64,000 nucleotides of DNA from a plasmid: sequence record NZ_CP104589.1; one strand, given 5' to 3'. Below the pieces are notes generated by a model. It was not told where the DNA came from. It did no database searches and worked only from the letters and a program-made list of their open reading frames with translations. Position 1 is the stretch's first letter, and each line of letters begins with the position of its first letter. Position numbers and translations under genes: made by a program. Below are positions 21,792-31,133 of the stretch, piece after piece.

Positions 21792-22018
21792 TGCCTGGCG
21801 GGTGAGCTGGAGATCGGAAAGCCCCTTTACGGTGGGATTCAGAGCTTACGTTGGTTTTTGGTTCCATTGCTCCCCAAACCCCACCACCTGGCCAGCGGCA
21901 TCTATGATGACCGGCCAATCACGCTGCGGTGGCCAGCACGGCGGACGGTAGTTCGGCGCATCAGGAATCGCTAGGGGCGAGTCGATGCCGAGGCCAAGTT
22001 CGGAAAGAATATTTTTCG

Positions 22019-23509
22019 TCATGCTGATCTTTGTCGCAGTTCTGCCAATCGGATGAAGCCATCCCAGGCCGGGTGGTAGTCACCTTCACTTATGCGCGCT
22101 CTGGCTTCTTCGACCCAAAGCCTGCGGACCTCGCTACTTTCTTCGAAGAAGCGCAGTTTGGCCGTCAGCCGATCGATCACCAGCAGGGCCGGATGCTCTG
22201 TCGTCAGGTGCTTACCCGAACTGGATGGGCGGTAGCGTGCCAGTTCAAGCGATTTGAGGTGGCGCAAGCTACCGAGAGACCACACATGATCCTCACTTTC
22301 GATATCCCGGTGCTGGGTACAGAACAGGCAACCGGCAGCATTGATGCAGTCGGGTCGCGGACCATTCTTCGGCATCGTGCCCACTGGTTCAGGTGTGGCC
22401 GATACACATCTACCAGGAGCAGGAGGTGAAAGGGACGGATCGGTTTGCTGATGGAAGCGCGTAATTTCCACCATAGCGATCTGCGGATGGGGGTCGGCAT
22501 ATACGCGTATCAGCGTTTGCACCGTATGCTGGGCCAACTCCGCAACCTGTTGGGGATTCTGGGACTCCCGAAGCAACCAGTTGATGCGCGTCCCGCGCAG
22601 TTTTCGCGGTCTCACTATCGGTATGCCAAGCTCGCGGCAGATGCGCGTAACGTTCGTGAACTGCGTCGCCTCTTCTAGGATTCGTCCCCCGCTACGTATA
22701 AGCGGAAAGAGCAAACCATCCGGCTCATTGGGAAACCATTCGGAACGCCATTCGAGATAGCGCTCGAACCACTCTCGATAACTGGCAAAGATCTCGAATA
22801 GCACTTCTCCTTCCCGTCGATTTTTGTAGGTACGTACCTGGTAGCCGTCTATGTGGCTGGTGTAATGAAACTGCTCAACCCGCAGGGTATGTGCTTGCTG
22901 GAGGTTCAGACCGGTCTGGGCGATGAACATCAGCAATTCACTCTCGATCCGTAAATTGACGATGGGGAAACGGGTCCGCAGTGTCCGATCTGCATCGTGG
23001 GCGGCACGCGCCGCCAGGGATGCTTCGATTTGCGCTTGGTTTTGCGGCCTGGTACGGCGGGCCGCTACTTTCTCGGGGCTCTGCAATCCCGACCATAGTT
23101 CCAGCACTTGGCCGGTGCGTAACGAAATACAAACTGGGAGGGGGGCCATTGTCCCCCTCCAGGTCAATGCCTCGCATACGTCAGCTAGAAGGTGTCCGAA
23201 TGCGAAGGTGTTTTGCAGATTCTGCTTGTCCGCTTTGCTCGTATGTACCTTGCCTTTGCCGCGCGGCTTGCGAATACGTGTGCTCTTGCTCAGGCTTGCT
23301 TGGCGGTCCAATGCTCGGTCCAGCATCGTCGCCGTGAGCCTGGTGAGATCGTACAGGGACCCATCGCTGAAATTGCGTTCGACTCGATGACGCTGGAGCA
23401 AGTGATCGGTCCAACGAATGAACGTGTCGGCCGCCGTCTCGAGACTGAGATTCACGTTTTCTGAATCGATCCAGGCAAAGAATCGGCGCAATGCACTGAT
23501 CTTGTTCTG
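22019..23509 (-). pseudogene. tyrosine recombinase B, C-terminal 496 codons; gene split by the IS256-family insertion
   Basis: R...H..R/...LAQHTVQTLIRVYADPH catalytic-tail pattern; reading frame continuous with 24854-25085 once the IS and one TSD copy are removed. Confidence 0.6.
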
Positions 23510-23517
23510 CACCGAGA

Positions 23518-24845
23518 GAGGGTGTGCAGAATTTTGTGTAACCGGGGTTGGGGTTATTGCTGCGGCAGCCGGTCTTCGTAGCTGATCGTAAAGCGCGTCA
23601 GCGCCGCCTTCCAGTCACGGATCGGCATCGTCCATTTCTTGCTGATGTTGCGTAGCGCCAGGTAGAAGAGTTTCATCAGCGCCTCGTCGCTGGGGAACGA
23701 GCCGCGGTTCTTGGTGATCTTGCGCAAGCTCATGTTCACCGATTCGATGGCGTTGGTGGTGTAGATCACCTTGCGGATCTCTGGCGGGAAGTCGAAGAAC
23801 GGCGTGATCCTGGCCCAGTTGCGTCGCCAGGACTGGCCAATCGGCAGGTAGTCGTCATCCCACTTGGCCTCGAACTCGCCAAGGCGCAGTTCGGCCTCGT
23901 CAGCCGTGCTGGCTTGGTAAATCCGTTTCAGGTCAGCGGCGACTTCAGCCCGCCGCTTCCAGGACACGTAGTTCAGGCTGTGCCTGACCATGTGCACGAT
24001 GCACAGCTGCACGCTGGTGTGCGGGAACACCGCCTCGATGGCCTCGGGGAAGCCCTTCAGGCCATCCACGCAGGCAACGAAGATGTCCTGCACACCGCGG
24101 TTGCGCAGCTCGGTCACCACCTGCAACCAGAACTTGGCGCCCTCGTTCTGGGCGATCCATAGGCCGAGGATTTCCTTCTCGCCAGCCAGATTGATGCCCA
24201 GCGCCAGATAGACCGCCTTCACCCGCACGGCGCCCTCGCGCACCTTGGTGTGGATGCAGTCGAGGTAGACGATGGGATACACCGCATCGAGCGGGCGCGA
24301 CTGCCAGGACTTGACCTCATCGGCCACGGCATCGGTCACTGAGGAGATCAGGCTGGGCGACACCTCGGCGCCGTACATTTCCTGCAAGTGCGCCTGGATC
24401 TCGCGCACCGTCATGCCGCGGGCATACAGCGAAAGGATCTTGTCGTCGAAGCCCGTCCAGCGGGTCTGGTGCTTCTCGACGATCTGCGGATCGAAGGTGC
24501 CATGCCGGTCGCGCGGCACCTCGATGGGCAGTTCGCCGAACTCGCCCTTGAGTTTCTTCCTGCTGAAACCGTTGCGCGTGTTGCCGGTCGGGTTGCTGAC
24601 CGGCTGATGCTTGTCGTGGCCCAGGTGGTGGGTCAACTCCGCATCCAGTGCACGCTCGACCAGCTTCTTGGTCAGCTGCTTGAGGATGCCGTCGGCACCG
24701 ATCAGGTCTTCAGGTTTCTGGTAGTTGGCCAGGAGCTGATCCAGCAGCTCGTCGGTGATGGGGTGTTTCGTCTTGCTCATGGTGTCTCCGGTGCGGAGCG
24801 ACAGTGTCGCTCATGAGCCGGTTACACAAAAATTCGGACACCCTC
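23518..24845 (-). mobile_element. IS256-family insertion sequence (1328 bp) with 8-bp TSD CACCGAGA
   Basis: imperfect 28-bp IRs (GAGGGTGTGCAGAATTTTGTGTAACCGG and GAGGGTGTCCGAATTTTTGTGTAACCGG); identical 8-mers at 23510-23517 and 24846-24853. Confidence 0.8.
23554..24780 (-). CDS. IS256-family (Mutator-type) transposase, 408 aa
   Basis: MSKTKHPITDELLDQLL...; DDE transposase of the IS256 family. Confidence 0.9.
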   Translation of the reverse strand: MSKTKHPITDELLDQLLANYQKPEDLIGADGILKQLTKKLVERALDAELTHHLGHDKHQPVSNPTGNTRNGFSRKKLKGEFGELPIEVPRDRHGTFDPQIVEKHQTRWTGFDDKILSLYARGMTVREIQAHLQEMYGAEVSPSLISSVTDAVADEVKSWQSRPLDAVYPIVYLDCIHTKVREGAVRVKAVYLALGINLAGEKEILGLWIAQNEGAKFWLQVVTELRNRGVQDIFVACVDGLKGFPEAIEAVFPHTSVQLCIVHMVRHSLNYVSWKRRAEVAADLKRIYQASTADEAELRLGEFEAKWDDDYLPIGQSWRRNWARITPFFDFPPEIRKVIYTTNAIESVNMSLRKITKNRGSFPSDEALMKLFYLALRNISKKWTMPIRDWKAALTRFTISYEDRLPQQ

Positions 24846-24853
24846 CACCGAGA

Positions 24854-25085
24854 AGCGACTTCCGCCACCAGCAAGGTCGTCAGTCATGTGCTCATGCAGC
24901 TGCGTCACCAGCTCGAAACGTTCCGGCAAGGGACTGCCGAGTTCGCCCTGCGCGATCTGGCGGCCCACATGCTTCACCTTTGCTGCTGCACCTCCGCGAA
25001 ACAGCAGCGGCCGGAGGTCCCAGGGCGTTTCAGTGGCCCCATACTCAAGCATCGGGAAAGTGAGGTCGAATTCGGAACTATCCAT
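24854..25085 (-). pseudogene. tyrosine recombinase B, N-terminal part (start ATG overlaps the stop of recombinase A: ATGGATAG)
   Basis: MDSSEFDLTFPMLEYG...; frame analysis across the IS insertion. Confidence 0.5.
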
Positions 25086-26367
25086 CGTGCCGCGCCCCAG
25101 CGCCGATCCCGCTAAATGCCGCCATGAAGCTATTTGAGAGGGCTTGTTTGATCGGCAGTGCCTGTACGAATCGGATGTATTTGAAGGTGGTGGCTTCAGA
25201 GTTAGGCCCATGGAGCAACGCGTCGCTGACCGTCGCAATTACAATAGCGACATCGGCACAAGCCGATAGCGCCAGACGTGCCAATTCGGTACCGAAGGTG
25301 CAGCGCGACTGATGGAAGCGGAATTTACGGAGCACCTGTAGTTCTGCTTTGACGCCCCGTTTTCGAAACTCGGACATCTCAACATTCACAGCAGATGACT
25401 GATCGGTGCCGCGCCTGCCATAGGCGTTACCAAAGCGGGTCAAGAACAGCAAATCACGATTCTCGGGCGAGGCTTTCGCCTCTCGTTCCATCCTCCGCCA
25501 GCCTTTGGCATATTCCAGCAATTCATCACGCAACGCTTCGGGTATCCAGACCTGGCCAGTCACACCGAATTTCGTGTGCACTGGCGGAGCTGCGCCTGGA
25601 CCAACTGCAAGGCGTAGAAGCCCTTCAGCGGAAGGGTCGGGGGCGGCGCGCTCCAGAGACTGAATCTTGAGATCACAGATGCTGCCGAGCCGCATCCCGG
25701 TAAAAAATCCAAGGGCCAACATGAGGTAGAGCTCGGGCGTGGCGTTCTCTGCGGCGAAATCCAGAATTGCATCGCGATCGGTCTCCGAGACTGGCAACAG
25801 CCCATCTTCAAGCGTTTGGCCTGGGCGCTTACGGTTCGGGATGCTGAGGTCGGTGGTGGTTCCGCTGATCGTTCGCTCGAACCCCACCCGGTCGAAGTAT
25901 TTAACGACGTAGGGTTTTTCCCGCCACAGCTGGACGTGTGGAGAAAGAAGCTCCCTATGCCTTACCCACCGATAGAACATGATGCAATTGCGCATGTACT
26001 CAGACGCCGTGGATGGGCCGATCTGGCCGGCATCGCGCATCTTGATCAACGCCCCTCGGTATAGCACCAGGCAGCGGTCAGCTTTGCGAGCGGGAAACTC
26101 GAACCACTGCAAATCACGAGATTCAAGAAATTTAGCGTAATTGAGAAGGCCATTCATGTTACTGGCAACGGTCTTAAGAGAAGCGTCACCAGTCGTTGCT
26201 CGCTCCACTGCCCACAGGTTTGCCTCCCTCCAAGGTGCATAGTCTGCCCAAAAGATTTGGGGCAAGCCCTCAATGGATGGCCGGCTGCTACTGGGGGAGT
26301 ATGCGACGGCGTTCTCTCTGCGCACGAGGTAATGGGGCACGAAATGAATGCGCTCTAGCGTCGCCAT
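25078..26367 (-). CDS. tyrosine recombinase A (phage-integrase family, 429 aa)
   Basis: box I ...GFFTGMRLGSI..., box II RFHQSRCTFGTE, LLHGPNSEATTFKYIRF. Confidence 0.75.
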   Translation of the reverse strand: MATLERIHFVPHYLVRRENAVAYSPSSSRPSIEGLPQIFWADYAPWREANLWAVERATTGDASLKTVASNMNGLLNYAKFLESRDLQWFEFPARKADRCLVLYRGALIKMRDAGQIGPSTASEYMRNCIMFYRWVRHRELLSPHVQLWREKPYVVKYFDRVGFERTISGTTTDLSIPNRKRPGQTLEDGLLPVSETDRDAILDFAAENATPELYLMLALGFFTGMRLGSICDLKIQSLERAAPDPSAEGLLRLAVGPGAAPPVHTKFGVTGQVWIPEALRDELLEYAKGWRRMEREAKASPENRDLLFLTRFGNAYGRRGTDQSSAVNVEMSEFRKRGVKAELQVLRKFRFHQSRCTFGTELARLALSACADVAIVIATVSDALLHGPNSEATTFKYIRFVQALPIKQALSNSFMAAFSGIGAGARHDG

Positions 26368-26416
26368 TCAACGCCCCTGGGACGCTTAACAATGTCCATA
26401 GATAGAACTCAATAGC

Positions 26417-26752
26417 TTAGGCGTCCGCACTATACAACTTACTCTTATCGATTGAGTAGATGAAGATGCGCGGGCTCAGCTCCTCCAGAATGGCCATCAT
26501 TCTGTTGCTGAGAGACTGATACAGCGGATAGTTGGATGAGAAAATTTTTACTCGGCCTTGGGCGGCCATCTCTCGCAGCTCGAAAACGGGCTGCCCCATC
26601 TTGATCCCGAGCGCCTTGGCGGCATCATTGCGGCTTACAACGGCGCCGTCATTGTTGCTGGCCACCACCACCGGATGATCCCTCAGCCAGGGCTCGAACA
26701 GCGTCTGCGCCGAGCAGTAGAAAGCGTTGGCGTCGACAAGGGCGATGGTCAT
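26417..26752 (-). pseudogene. umuC: umuC/rulB-type Y-family polymerase gene, N-terminal about 111 codons only, truncated by the recombinase element
   Basis: MTIALVDANAFYCSAQTLFEPWLRDHPVVVASNNDGAVVSRNDAAKALGIKMGQPVFEL...FSSNYPLYQSLSNRMMAILEELSPRIFIYSID then diverges. Confidence 0.75.
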
Positions 26753-27177
26753 GTCAAACCGTGCAGCACCCACATGCACACCCCCCAAACCTCCAGCTCC
26801 TCGCCATCGCCCAGCACTAACGGCGGGTACTGGTCGTTCTCAGCCACCAACATCGCCCGCCCCTCGCGGTCGTACTGCAACCGCTTGACCAAGAACTCAG
26901 CACCGATAATCGCCAGCACCACATTCCCTGGCTGGGAGCGTTGTGCCTTGTCCACCACCAGGATATCGCCGTCGAAGATGCCGGCCCCTGTCATAGAATT
27001 GCCAGAGGCCTGGAAGAGGAAAATCGAGGAGGATTTTCCCATCCCCACACGTTGATCCAGGGACAGGTCCGGCTGCTGGTAGTCAGCGGCCGGCGAGGGA
27101 AAGCCGCAGCTAGCCTGGCCGCCGAAAGCGGTCGGTGCTGGTGATGGTGAATGGATGCCGAGATAGTGAGCGCGCAT
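26749..27177 (-). CDS. umuD: UmuD (LexA-like S24 peptidase, translesion synthesis)
   Basis: ...QASGNSMTGAGIFDGDILVVDKA...VVLAIIGAEFLVKRL; start overlaps umuC. Confidence 0.85.
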   Translation of the reverse strand: MRAHYLGIHSPSPAPTAFGGQASCGFPSPAADYQQPDLSLDQRVGMGKSSSIFLFQASGNSMTGAGIFDGDILVVDKAQRSQPGNVVLAIIGAEFLVKRLQYDREGRAMLVAENDQYPPLVLGDGEELEVWGVCMWVLHGLT

Positions 27178-27185
27178 TGCTGATA

Positions 27186-27201
27186 CTGTCTATATATACA
27201 G
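27186..27201. promoter_or_regulatory. LexA/SOS box 9 bp upstream of umuD
   Basis: CTGTCTATATATACAG versus the consensus CTGT-N8-ACAG. Confidence 0.6.
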
Positions 27202-27347
27202 CACCAGTCTACCTTCTGCTGACGCATCCAGGAAGTCAGGGAGAATTTTCTTCCTGGAATTCCTTTGCCGGCGGCCTTGTTCAGGCTTGGGATTTATGGA
27301 TGCGATGTGATCCTAGATCCATATCCAGCCACTAAGAAAACCACACC

Positions 27348-27557
27348 ATGTCCATGCGCCGCTTCCAGGTTAGAGACGTATCGAGTTACTTCAACAACGA
27401 GCCGACATTTGACGTTGTTTACCACGATGACGAGCACGGGGTTGTGCGGTGCTCAGACTCCGTGTGGATCTCGAATTTTGCTGCCGAGCAAGAGGCGAAT
27501 CGCCTAGAGCGATCCAAGGCTGCCCCGACGCACTGGGAGGTTGTAGCCGATGCGTAA
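27348..27557 (+). CDS. hypothetical protein (69 aa)
   Basis: ORF in track. Confidence 0.35.
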   Translation: MSMRRFQVRDVSSYFNNEPTFDVVYHDDEHGVVRCSDSVWISNFAAEQEANRLERSKAAPTHWEVVADA

Positions 27558-27750
27558 CGCAAGTCTGAAACTGCCCGTCAAGTTTGGCCTCGGCAAACTG
27601 GATAAGCCAATGACCGAAGCCCAGGCCCGCAACTGGGGCAAAGCCAACATGCCGGCTGATCTTGCCGCCGCCGGTTTCAAGGTAGGGGTTTTTCGTTCAG
27701 ACCCTGATCTACATGGTTCCGATTTCTATCGCGTCAGCTTTGGCAAATAA
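27550..27750 (+). CDS. hypothetical protein (66 aa); start overlaps the upstream stop
   Basis: ORF in track; 8-nt overlap coupling. Confidence 0.35.
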   Translation: MRNASLKLPVKFGLGKLDKPMTEAQARNWGKANMPADLAAAGFKVGVFRSDPDLHGSDFYRVSFGK

Positions 27751-27811
27751 CCGCTTCCGGTTTGGACTTATGCAGACTGCCCAGCGGCTGCTGGGCAATC
27801 TCGCCAGGTGA

Positions 27812-29014
27812 TCAGTTAAAGCGCCGGTGAAGATCCGGAAATACCAGCTGGGCGAACCAAACCGGAAAAGCGGGATATAGCATCCTGGACTTAGGCGTTG
27901 GTGAGTCGATCACCCCTATCAGGATCAACTTCTTCAGCTGCTCAATCGCCTGCCGCTCGTGAAGGCCGAAGCAGGCTTTTGCATCGACCCTTGGTACCTC
28001 GCCCTGAGTGATCAGTAGGTGCAGTACCCGTGCCGCTGCCTCCGGCTTGATGCCGTTCTCAATAAACCTTCTCTCGTAGTGAAGAATGGCGCCGAGGCGA
28101 TCTCTAAGCTTTGTGATGGCCAGTGCATTCAGCGTGTATTCGATCTGGTCCTGGCACGCGCTCAGCATGAACCGCACGAACTCAATCAATCCAGCCTGCG
28201 TCAGCTGCCCACGGCCATCGAGCGGCCCTCTTCTTGGCTGATCCGCGGCTTTCAGCCACCCGTAATATTCGTCCTGGCGGCGGGCAAGGCCTCGCGATAT
28301 TGACCACAAAGGCGAGGCCAGACCGAGCTTGCACAGCTGCAAATTCGTGACCATTCGGATAACCCGGCCGTTACCGTCCTCAAAAGGGTGAACGTAGGCA
28401 AGCCGATGGTGATACGCCATGGTCGCCAGCAGCTTTGCAGATAATCCGTGCTTGGCGCCATAGACCTGCTGCAAACGCTCAAGCATTGGCGTAACGGACT
28501 CCCAGGCGGGGGCATCGTGATGGCCAACCGTTACGTTCTGCTGGGAAACGTCGCGCAGCTGGCCAGGCACCATTAAGCGATCTTCGCTCACCCTAAGGTC
28601 ATCCTCCCGAGCATCCGCAAATAGCCGCCGATGCACGGTTTTGACGAGCGGTACCGCGAACATATCCGACCAGGAAATATGCCGCTCAAACATGGAAAGC
28701 TTGCGCTCAAGGACTTCTTGAACCTGGATGTGGGTCAGCGCGAGCAGACCAAGCTCTTTAGCCTCCCGCCGCTTCATGCGTTGGCTCATTTCAGCAGGTT
28801 CTGTGTACTGCCCTTCAATCAGGTTGCTGTAGTAGCTGTTGGTCAGCCGCATCAGCGTCCCTAATCGTCTCGCGGTTTCGGGCGCGACAGAGCCTGCAAG
28901 CTTCCCAGCCAGGAAGGGCAAAGAGTCGGCCAGATCGCAGACATCACGGGGAAAGTCGGGCGAAGGCCAGATCGGCTCAAGCCAGTGGTTGCCCTTCACA
29001 AACTGAGTCGTCAT
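27812..29014 (-). CDS. fic: Fic/Doc-family protein (400 aa)
   Basis: HPFEDGNGRVIRMV matches the Fic motif HPFx(D/E)GNGR. Confidence 0.85.
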   Translation of the reverse strand: MTTQFVKGNHWLEPIWPSPDFPRDVCDLADSLPFLAGKLAGSVAPETARRLGTLMRLTNSYYSNLIEGQYTEPAEMSQRMKRREAKELGLLALTHIQVQEVLERKLSMFERHISWSDMFAVPLVKTVHRRLFADAREDDLRVSEDRLMVPGQLRDVSQQNVTVGHHDAPAWESVTPMLERLQQVYGAKHGLSAKLLATMAYHHRLAYVHPFEDGNGRVIRMVTNLQLCKLGLASPLWSISRGLARRQDEYYGWLKAADQPRRGPLDGRGQLTQAGLIEFVRFMLSACQDQIEYTLNALAITKLRDRLGAILHYERRFIENGIKPEAAARVLHLLITQGEVPRVDAKACFGLHERQAIEQLKKLILIGVIDSPTPKSRMLYPAFPVWFAQLVFPDLHRRFN

Positions 29015-29229
29015 TTTTTCCCCGGTTTTTCAGATTTATTTTCACATTGCCCATCACTCGGCATGGCTAGTATAGCCTGGCTTTGCGGCTATCCTAGCCG
29101 AGCATGAGACAGCCATTTTTTCAGATTTATTTTCACTTTTTTCGGGTCATATAAACCGCCCCCACTTTACCCCTTGGGTTTCGCGCCCACTGGTGGAGCA
29201 TGAGCGCATCTCAATCAGGAGTCGCGCTC

Positions 29230-29508
29230 ATGCCCTGCCCTATCTCGCAAGACATCTACGACCGCTTTCTCGATGCCATCCTGCCCGCTGAAGAGCTGGG
29301 CGGGCCTGAAAACAAAGCCTATGCCGACTTGATGATGCGCATTGCGGGTGAATGCCTGCGACGGGCGAATGCAATGGGCGAGGCAAATGAGTACAGCGAC
29401 CTGACGGGCTTTACCGGGCCGACTCTATTTCTGGTAGAAAATTTCCGCTCGGAGCTTCAGGCGGCAGAGGGCTTTGATGTGTATTCCGAGCCTAGAACCA
29501 CCCACTAA
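29230..29508 (+). CDS. hypothetical protein
   Basis: ORF 29200-29508; start chosen at MPCPIS with AGGAG upstream. Confidence 0.4.
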   Translation: MPCPISQDIYDRFLDAILPAEELGGPENKAYADLMMRIAGECLRRANAMGEANEYSDLTGFTGPTLFLVENFRSELQAAEGFDVYSEPRTTH

Positions 29509-29571
29509 GGGGCTTGGGATTCCCAGCATGCATGGGAATCTGTACCTATCAAAACCAAGGAGGTTTCCCCC

Positions 29572-30057
29572 ATGACCCCGCTTCACTTCTCCCTGATCTT
29601 CACCGGTACCGTCAGCCCGAACGGCGGCGACGAGGAGGCCAACGGCATCGCCATGACTCGCGGGGAGCTGAATGCTCACCTGGAGCAGGCTGTGGCGAAT
29701 ATCACCGCCAACGGCTTGGTCACTGGCGATACGCCGGCCACCCTCGAAGAACACACCCATTGCGTGCGTATCACCACCGGCAAGGTGGACATGATGGCCT
29801 CTCCCATCATGTCGACGGCGCACCTCGATCAAGAAACATTCGAGCTGCTGGCTCAGTCCGGCGGCTCGCTTCCATGGGCCACGGTCGCCACCTACCCCGA
29901 GGGGTTCTTCCTCCTGCTGATGGATAACCCGGATGCCTCGATCCCGAAATGCATCGCGGATATTCACCAGTGGCAAAAGAGCCAAGGCCTTAACGGCTGG
30001 GTCCGCCTGGATCGCGACTGGGAATGTGTCGATGGCCTGCCGGTTTACGAGTGGTGA
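29572..30057 (+). CDS. hypothetical protein (161 aa)
   Basis: strong RBS AAGGAGG. Confidence 0.55.
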   Translation: MTPLHFSLIFTGTVSPNGGDEEANGIAMTRGELNAHLEQAVANITANGLVTGDTPATLEEHTHCVRITTGKVDMMASPIMSTAHLDQETFELLAQSGGSLPWATVATYPEGFFLLLMDNPDASIPKCIADIHQWQKSQGLNGWVRLDRDWECVDGLPVYEW

Positions 30058-30551
30058 TGGCCATGCATTGCACCGACGCACTGAATAAAGCCCGCTCCAC
30101 CACCGCTGAGCTTGCCTTCTCGGGGTATGACTTCGGCCTGCTGATCACTGACTCTGGCTCCTGGGCCGAAACCCACACCGATGACTGGGTGAGGTTTTGC
30201 TATGGGGAGGACGACCATGCAGCGGAGCGTTACCGCATCGCCCTGAATGTCCGCTTTGAAAAAGGGTCGGCCAAGCCGGTCGAGGTGTATGCCCTGGACC
30301 TCAAGTCTGGCGGGGTCATCGGCACTGCGGGTTCGGTCGATGTCCCGGCGGCAGAAGAATCTGTGGCCACCTACAACCACGCCTTCACTATCGCGTTTTC
30401 CGTGCCTGGCTCCAAGTGCCCAGACGGCGAGGACGTGACAGCAGAGCAGATGGCCGCAGCTCTGCAACTGCGGATCAAAGACCTCATGTCGAACGGTGAA
30501 GAAATGCTTGAGGCCGTTGGTGCGCCCTACGACACCTACGTGGAGCAGTGA
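30057..30551 (+). CDS. hypothetical protein (164 aa)
   Basis: TGATG overlap with the upstream gene. Confidence 0.5.
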   Translation: MAMHCTDALNKARSTTAELAFSGYDFGLLITDSGSWAETHTDDWVRFCYGEDDHAAERYRIALNVRFEKGSAKPVEVYALDLKSGGVIGTAGSVDVPAAEESVATYNHAFTIAFSVPGSKCPDGEDVTAEQMAAALQLRIKDLMSNGEEMLEAVGAPYDTYVEQ

Positions 30552-30553
30552 CC

Positions 30554-30811
30554 ATGGCCATAGAGCGCGTTAGCGGTTCACACCCGTATGTCGCCAGCTG
30601 GCAGGCTTATGGCGGGCACACGATGTATGTCGGCGTGTTCCCCTCAGAGGCGTGTGGTCAGGTGCTGCTGGCCACCGAAAGATCATCAGAAGCGGCCGGT
30701 TTCGCGACCCCAGAGGCGTGTGCTGCCGCGATAATGGCTGCCGGCTTCAAGCTGGATGGGGAGACGTGGGTCGATATCGCCCCCCTTTGCGGCCAGCTTG
30801 GCCTCTTCTAA
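30554..30811 (+). CDS. hypothetical protein
   Basis: ORF 30548-30811. Confidence 0.4.
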   Translation: MAIERVSGSHPYVASWQAYGGHTMYVGVFPSEACGQVLLATERSSEAAGFATPEACAAAIMAAGFKLDGETWVDIAPLCGQLGLF

Positions 30812-30831
30812 TCCCAGGAGAAATTTTCCCG

Positions 30832-31133
30832 TGCGATTCCTTGATGCGGTGCTGGTCCTGGCCCTTGCCGCCCGAATACATCGTACAGACCGGGCCGTCC
30901 GAGAGGTGGCCCGGGCAATCGTTAATCGTGTTGACCCACGGTACCGGCACATCGTCGAGGCCTACGTCCGCGCCAAGACGCCGTGCGCGGCCGTTGAGCA
31001 GATGGTCGCCACCCTCCCCGATTGGATTTTGAATATGAACCCAGCCCCTTGCCCGGTGCCGAGCGCCGCAGCGGCTAACACCCCGGCAGGCGGGTTCCCC
31101 AGGAAATTTTCGACAGCAGGAGCAATAACGTGA
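30832..31133 (+). CDS. hypothetical protein (GTG start)
   Basis: AGGAGA RBS upstream of GTG; ORF-track extension rejected. Confidence 0.35.

Larger units (their letters stand above)
15630..21882 (+). mobile_element. Tn3-family transposon, 6253 bp, Tn5563-like (tnpR-long, RHH-PIN toxin-antitoxin pair, tnpA, merR-merTP, no merA)
   Basis: perfect 38-bp IRs GGGGTTTGGGGAGCAATGGAACCAAAAACCAACGTAAG at 15630-15667 and, inverted, at 21845-21882; gene content and the 6253-bp length match my recollection of Tn5563 from pRA2. Confidence 0.8.
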
